NCBI GenBank assembly: GCA_902578135.1
Contig: CACHBU010000001.1
Location: 125,286-189,285, forward strand
Reading direction: 5' to 3'
DNA length: 64,000 nucleotides
Origin: an uncultured Candidatus Actinomarina sp.
GTDB lineage: Bacteria > Actinomycetota > Acidimicrobiia > Actinomarinales > Actinomarinaceae
The position numbers and the translations under genes were made by a program. Positions 59,803 through 64,000 of the stretch are shown here, piece by piece (position 1 is the first letter of the stretch; each line of letters begins with the position of its first letter). The notes under the pieces were generated by a model. It was not told the origin of the DNA. It saw nothing but the letters and a program-made list of their open reading frames with translations, and did no database searches.

Positions 59803-60784
59803 ATGAACGATTCGTTTATCTTAAGAGATAGAAAATGGAGAGAACAAAATGAACGCGTAACATTATCAAGTTACGCTACCTTCTCTGGGGATTCACTCGG
59901 AAGAAATCAAGAAGAACCTCAAGATACTTTTAGAACTTGCTTTGAAAGAGATAGAGATAGAATCATTCACTCAAAAACTTTTCGTAGATTAAAACACAAA
60001 ACACAGGTGTTTATCAATCCAGATGGAGATCATTTTATTACAAGAATGACACACACACTGAATGTCACTCAAATTGGAAGATCTATTGCGAAAACATTAG
60101 GTTTTAATCCAGATCTTACTGAAGCAATATGTTTAGGACACGATGTAGGACACTCCCCTTTTGGCCATACAGGTGAAGACGTCTTAAATGAAATACTTGA
60201 CGGAGGCTGGAGTCATTCAGAAAATTCTGTAAAAATGCTTTCTGTTATTGAGCCTTTGAATCTGACTAAAGAAACAATAGATGGTATTAAGAAACATCCG
60301 TGGAAATACGAGGAACCTCCATTTGCACCTGAAGGTATAATATGTAGGTTTTCTGATAGAATTGCTTATTTATCTCATGATGTAGAAGATGCAATCAGAG
60401 CTGGTGTTTTGACTGAGAAAGACATACCGAAAAAAATAATTTCTTCACTGGGTCCTCCAGGAAAAGCCTGGATAAATTCACTAATTTCTGGTGTGTTCAA
60501 AGGTTCCAATGGTGGAGATCTAGGAATGGACCAAGAAATACTAGACATAATGAATGAACTAAGAGAGTTCATGTTTAAAAAATGTATATCTAAGAGAGGA
60601 AACAATGCAACAGAGATCAGATGCAAAAAAAATTGTAGAAGTTCTAGTTGAGTATTTTAAAAATAATCCAGATAAGCTTCCTAGTTCTTATTCACAAGAA
60701 CAATCAGAGATTCAGAATTCTGTAGACTATGTTGCTGGAATGACTGATAGGTTTGCTATTTCAACCTATAACTCTATTCATTAA
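59803..60784 (+). pseudogene. dGTP triphosphohydrolase-like HD-domain protein, disrupted by +1 frameshift in A6 run at 60577-60582
   Basis: The N-terminal 260 aa carry HD motifs (HTLNVTQIGRSIA, GHDVGHSPFGH). Frame 1 stops at 60651 after FMFKKCISK.... Frame 2 continues NVYLREE...VEVLVEYFKNNPDKLP...VDYVAGMTDRFAISTYNSIH*, which is the conserved dGTPase C-terminus. Deleting one A restores FMFKNVYLREE. Confidence 0.7.
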
Positions 60785-61586
60785 ATTTAGGATCTCTTTT
60801 TTCAAGAAATGCCATTACGCCCTCTCTGAGGTCTTCTGAAACTAAAAATGAAGTACTCCAAAGTTTTGCGTATTCAAGTCCTTGGTCAACTGTCAAATTT
60901 GAGCTTTTTTCTAATGCTTCTTTGGTTGCCTGAACAATTCTTTTAGAGTTTGATGAAATTTCATTGGCAAGCTTTTCTCCTGCTTCAAATAACTCATCTG
61001 AATTTTCATATGCCTTACTGACAAATCTAATTTTTTCTGCATGTTCACCGTCAAAAATTCGACCTGTAAGTGCGAGTTCGTTCATGTCTCCACTTGATAC
61101 AATTTTTGGCATTCTCTGAATAACTCCTACATCAGCAACTAAACCCAGTTTTGTTTCCCCTATGGAGAATTTTGCATCTTTGGTGGCTAATCTAATGTCG
61201 CAGGCGGAAACTAAGCTAGTAGCACCGCCAATACAAAACCCATGAGCAAGTGCAATCGTTGGTATTTTAGATTTAGCTATAGTTGTAAATGCACCTTGCA
61301 TTCTTTCAACAAGGTCCATTAATTCTCGCCTGTCCTGGGGTGTAGAAGATAAGTTTTCATTTAGGTTCATATCAGACATGAACATTGTTATGTCTATACC
61401 AGCGGAAAAGCTATCTCCTTTACCAGATATGACAATACAATTAGCTTCGTTACTGTTATTTATTTCTTCAATAATTTTTGGTAGTCCAAACCAAACATCA
61501 GAATCAAGAGCATTTTTTTTATCTGGTCTATTGATCCAAATATACGCAACATTCCCATTAATTTCTTTGATTAATTTATCATCCAC
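60774..61586 (-). CDS. enoyl-CoA hydratase/isomerase (crotonase family)
   Basis: ISGKGDSFSAGIDI oxyanion-hole motif; 270 aa. Confidence 0.8.
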   Translation of the reverse strand: MDDKLIKEINGNVAYIWINRPDKKNALDSDVWFGLPKIIEEINNSNEANCIVISGKGDSFSAGIDITMFMSDMNLNENLSSTPQDRRELMDLVERMQGAFTTIAKSKIPTIALAHGFCIGGATSLVSACDIRLATKDAKFSIGETKLGLVADVGVIQRMPKIVSSGDMNELALTGRIFDGEHAEKIRFVSKAYENSDELFEAGEKLANEISSNSKRIVQATKEALEKSSNLTVDQGLEYAKLWSTSFLVSEDLREGVMAFLEKRDPKFNE

Positions 61587-61612
61587 TTAATTAATCTTAG
61601 TAAAATTGTCTG

Positions 61613-62275
61613 ATGGATGTATTCGAAGCTTTATATACAACAAGAGCAATGCGGAGAGTTAGTGAAGATCCAATCCCTGATGATGTTTTAAAACAAATGA
61701 TTGATGCTGGTATTCGTGCACCAAGTGGTTCTAATCGTCAAGGTTGGAAATTTATTGTAGTAACTGATCCAGAAATAAAAAACCAACTTGGAGATTTATA
61801 TAGAGAGGCTTGGGATTTTTATGTTAAAGAATTTTATGGAGGAACTTCTGATTTGGGGGCCTCAAATGTTCTTGATGATGAAAAATCCGAGCAGGTAGTT
61901 AGAATTACTAAATCTGCAACCTGGCTCTCTGAAAATTTTCACAAAGTTCCTGCAATGTTTGTCGTATTATCAAGAAATGATCCAACTGGTTCTTCTATAT
62001 TTCCAGCAATTTGGAGCTTAATGCTTGCTGGAAGAGCGCATGGTGTGGGCACTTGCCTAACAACAGTTCTAGGGATGTTTAAACCACAACAAGCTTTTAA
62101 AATCTTAAATATTCCAAGCGATAAAGGTTGGAAGATAGATGCAGTTGTAACTGCAGGTTATCCATTAGGCAAATGGGGTGTGGCTAAAAGAAATCCTGTG
62201 GATGAAGTTACCTACTTAAACACTTGGGGAAATGAAACTAATTGGAATTTAGAAGAACCCCTTTGGAACTATTAA
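61613..62275 (+). CDS. nitroreductase family protein
   Basis: YTTRAMRRVSEDPIPDDVLKQMIDAGIRAPSGSNRQGWKFIVV is a nitroreductase N-terminal signature. Confidence 0.75.
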   Translation: MDVFEALYTTRAMRRVSEDPIPDDVLKQMIDAGIRAPSGSNRQGWKFIVVTDPEIKNQLGDLYREAWDFYVKEFYGGTSDLGASNVLDDEKSEQVVRITKSATWLSENFHKVPAMFVVLSRNDPTGSSIFPAIWSLMLAGRAHGVGTCLTTVLGMFKPQQAFKILNIPSDKGWKIDAVVTAGYPLGKWGVAKRNPVDEVTYLNTWGNETNWNLEEPLWNY

Positions 62276-62322
62276 TTTAAAAGCAATTAGTAAAGCTATC
62301 TTCGCTCTATTAGGCTCTGATT

Positions 62323-62907
62323 ATGAAGGTATTGAATATGTCTATTTTGGTTTTCTTTTTTATATTCTTTACTAGCTGTAGCAACTCAAATGAAGATACT
62401 AGCATAAACACAACAAATGACACAGTATTAGTAGAAGTAGAAGAAACAGTTAAGGAACCTTCGAATAGTATATGGGTTTCTGCAAAAAAAGGTGACATTG
62501 AGTCTATAAAGCAACATATAGCTTTTGGCACAGATCTCAATTTAAAAGGTTCTAGTAGAGATGAAACTGCATTAATTATTGCATCTTGCCAAGGACATTA
62601 TGAAATTGTTAAATTATTGATAGATGAAGGCGCTGAATTAGATATTCAAAATAATGAAGGTGTCACTGCCCAATTCTGTGCTGTATTTTTTGGTCAAGTA
62701 GAAATAGTTCAGCTGTTAAGTGATGCAGGAGCAGATCCAGAAATTGTAAATAGTCTAGATTTAACTGCAATGGACCTTGTGTCAGTTGAATGGGATGGTA
62801 CAAGAGAGTCGGCAGTAAAATTTTATAAATTAAAATATCAAGTTGATTTTGATATAGAAGATATTAAATCCGCTCATCCATTGATAATGGAGATCTTAAA
62901 TAAATAA
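62323..62907 (+). CDS. ankyrin-repeat lipoprotein
   Basis: Signal + lipobox FFTSCSN; three ANK repeats (DETALIIASCQGHYEIVKLLIDEGAELD, NNEGVTAQFCAVFFGQVEIVQLL...). Confidence 0.7.
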   Translation: MKVLNMSILVFFFIFFTSCSNSNEDTSINTTNDTVLVEVEETVKEPSNSIWVSAKKGDIESIKQHIAFGTDLNLKGSSRDETALIIASCQGHYEIVKLLIDEGAELDIQNNEGVTAQFCAVFFGQVEIVQLLSDAGADPEIVNSLDLTAMDLVSVEWDGTRESAVKFYKLKYQVDFDIEDIKSAHPLIMEILNK

Positions 62908-62943
62908 TAAAAATTTATCATATTTATTTTGTAATAACTAGAG

Positions 62944-63017
62944 CACGCCCGGAGGGAGTCGAACCCCCAACCTTCTGATCCGTAGTCAGATGCTCTATCC
63001 AGTTAAGCTACGGGCGC
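62944..63017 (-). tRNA. tRNA-Arg(ACG)
   Basis: The reverse complement folds as a cloverleaf: acceptor GCGCCCG/CGGGCGU, anticodon loop CUACGGA, T-loop GGGGGUUCGACUCCCUC; no encoded CCA. Confidence 0.85.
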
Positions 63018-63021
63018 TTTG

Positions 63022-63108
63022 CGGAGAGGGAGGGATTCGAACCCTCGAGGGAATTGCTTCCCCACTCGCTTAGCAGGCGAGCACTTTAGGCCACTCAGTC
63101 ACCTCTCC
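63022..63108 (-). tRNA. tRNA-Ser(GCU)
   Basis: RC GGAGAGGUGACUGAGUGG...CUCGC-CUGCUAA-GCGAG...long variable arm...GGGUUCGAAUCCCUC; class II tRNA. Confidence 0.85.
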
Positions 63109-63115
63109 AAGTCAG

Positions 63116-63201
63116 CGGAGGGAGTGGGATTCGAACCCACGGTATGGAATACATACAATAGTTTTCAAGACTATCGCCTTCGTCCGCTCGGCCATCCCTC
63201 C
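63116..63201 (-). tRNA. tRNA-Ser(UGA)
   Basis: RC GGAGGGAUGGCCGAGCGGACGAAGGCGAUAGUCUUGAAAACUAU...; closely resembles E. coli tRNA-Ser(UGA) through the D and anticodon arms; anticodon UGA (reads UCN), not UCA. Confidence 0.85.
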
Positions 63202-63215
63202 AGATAGTTTTTACG

Positions 63216-63303
63216 CGGAGGGAGAGGGATTCGAACCCTCGAAGGGGATAAACCCTTACACGCTTTCCAAGCGTGCGCACTAGGCCAGACTATGCGATCC
63301 CTC
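63216..63303 (-). tRNA. tRNA-Ser(GGA)
   Basis: RC GGAGGGAUCGCAUAGUCUGGCC...ACGC-UUGGAAA-GCGU...long variable arm...GGGUUCGAAUCCCUC. Confidence 0.85.
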
Positions 63304-63329
63304 CGAATAAACCTGAGATTCTATTTTAG

Positions 63330-63788
63330 TTATCTCTTAGTTTCAAAGAAAGAGGATAATATATCTTTAGATTCATGCGAAAGAATATTATCTTTTATCT
63401 CAACAAAGTGATTTAACCTGGGATCTTGAGGTATGTTATACAATGAAAAAGCTGCACCGGCTTTTTCATTTTGAGCTCCATATATTAATTTTTTAACTCT
63501 AGATAAAGAAATAGCACCAGCACACATAGCGTCTGGTTCTAAAGTTACAGCTATTGTTGTCTCTTCAAGTCTCCAAGTACCTAAAATTTGTGAAGCTTCT
63601 TCTAAAACTAAAATTTCTGCATGCGACATTGGGTTTTGGTCTAGTTCTCTTCTATTGTGATTTGCACAAATTAAGTTATCGTCTTTATCAAATATTGCTG
63701 CACCTACAGGAACTTCATCAATGTCTAAGGCTTTTTTAGCTTCATCAAGAGCGACTCTCATCTTGTCTTCATCTGATATATATTTCAT
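63330..63788 (-). CDS. tadA: tRNA-specific adenosine deaminase
   Basis: CDA-fold zinc motifs HAEILVLEEA and PCAMCAGAI; 152 aa. Confidence 0.85.
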   Translation of the reverse strand: MKYISDEDKMRVALDEAKKALDIDEVPVGAAIFDKDDNLICANHNRRELDQNPMSHAEILVLEEASQILGTWRLEETTIAVTLEPDAMCAGAISLSRVKKLIYGAQNEKAGAAFSLYNIPQDPRLNHFVEIKDNILSHESKDILSSFFETKR

Positions 63789-63828
63789 CTTATTTAATTA
63801 TCTCAATTGTTGATGTTAATATAACCAA

Positions 63829-64000
63829 ATGTTTGAGTTTTTCATTTTTGCATTTGTAACTGCAATTACTCCTGGGCCAAACAATTCTTTGCTTATGGCC
63901 TCTGGAATAAAATTTGGTAGAAAAGCATCGATACCTCATTTTCTTGGGATTTGGCTAGGGTTCACTTTTTTATTTTTTGTAGGTGGTTTTTTACTTACCT
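63829..64000 (+). CDS. LysE/RhtB-family amino-acid exporter, N-terminal part (continues past window)
   Basis: MFEFFIFAFVTAITPGPNNSLLMASG is the canonical LysE-family N-terminus. Confidence 0.6.
   Translation, partial: MFEFFIFAFVTAITPGPNNSLLMASGIKFGRKASIPHFLGIWLGFTFLFFVGGFLLT

Noticed and set aside
62323-62943. Ankyrin-repeat lipoprotein next to the tRNA array, considered as a marker of an integrated mobile element at tRNA-Arg.
   Set aside because: There is no integrase, no direct repeat of the tRNA 3' end and no other mobile-element genes nearby. The flanking genes are core housekeeping.
63116-63201. Considered whether the UGA-anticodon tRNA in the array is tRNA-Sec (selC), given the two Sec codons found.
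   Set aside because: The anticodon is 5'-UGA-3' (reads the UCA serine codon), not UCA. The D-arm/anticodon-arm sequence closely resembles E. coli tRNA-Ser(UGA), and the acceptor/T-stem is the normal 7/5 rather than the 8/5 of bacterial tRNA-Sec. selC must lie outside this window.
63019-63280. Six-frame ORFs 63019-63207(+) and 63095-63280(-) of 61-62 aa.
   Set aside because: They lie entirely over the three tRNA-Ser genes. The reading frames are artefacts of GC-rich structured RNA sequence.

Overview
This window is an AT-rich, gene-dense chromosomal stretch (about 75 protein genes plus a 4-tRNA array) that looks like a streamlined low-GC marine actinobacterium. The lineage call is an inference, supported by: a dnaK-grpE-dnaJ-hspR operon; an actinobacteria-specific bS22-like micro-protein gene; a PAC2 proteasome-chaperone family protein; Lnt; and an Rv0338c-like membrane Fe-S reductase. 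Most of the content is housekeeping. It includes: ctaD(3' part)-ctaE-ctaF-ctaG-like cytochrome oxidase genes; purA-purB; lysC-asd; dnaX; murJ; nadE; proC; dcd; an aapJQMP-type amino-acid ABC transporter; a copZ-copA copper efflux pair; and tadA followed by tRNA-Ser(GGA)/Ser(UGA)/Ser(GCU)/Arg(ACG). The main discovery is that the ORF track is blind to two UGA-recoded selenoprotein genes. The first is selD (selenophosphate synthetase), whose true N-terminus MRLTEYSHGAG-U-ACK carries an in-frame TGA at the Cys17-equivalent position, so the ORF caller truncated the gene. The second is a completely unannotated 78-aa SelW/Rdx-like gene with a CxxU motif on the minus strand at 43861-44097. Both have hairpins at or just after the UGA. 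Together they indicate a selenocysteine-decoding trait (selA/selB/selC expected elsewhere) in this small genome. Other points worth a second look: two paralogous ~65-aa Cys3His small proteins, each heading a stress operon (dnaK; copZA), each preceded by a distinct perfect palindrome (one is a textbook TGTGA-N6-TCACA CRP/GlxR-type site); a selD/alpha-beta hydrolase/GT4 overlapping gene string reminiscent of selenosugar pathways; a lipoprotein combining a cupredoxin, a NosD-like beta-helix and a PLDc_N membrane anchor; aap permeases enlarged to ~600 aa with an inserted barrel-sandwich-like domain; a dGTPase-like gene broken by a +1 frameshift in an A6 run; and an A7 slippery run in dnaX.
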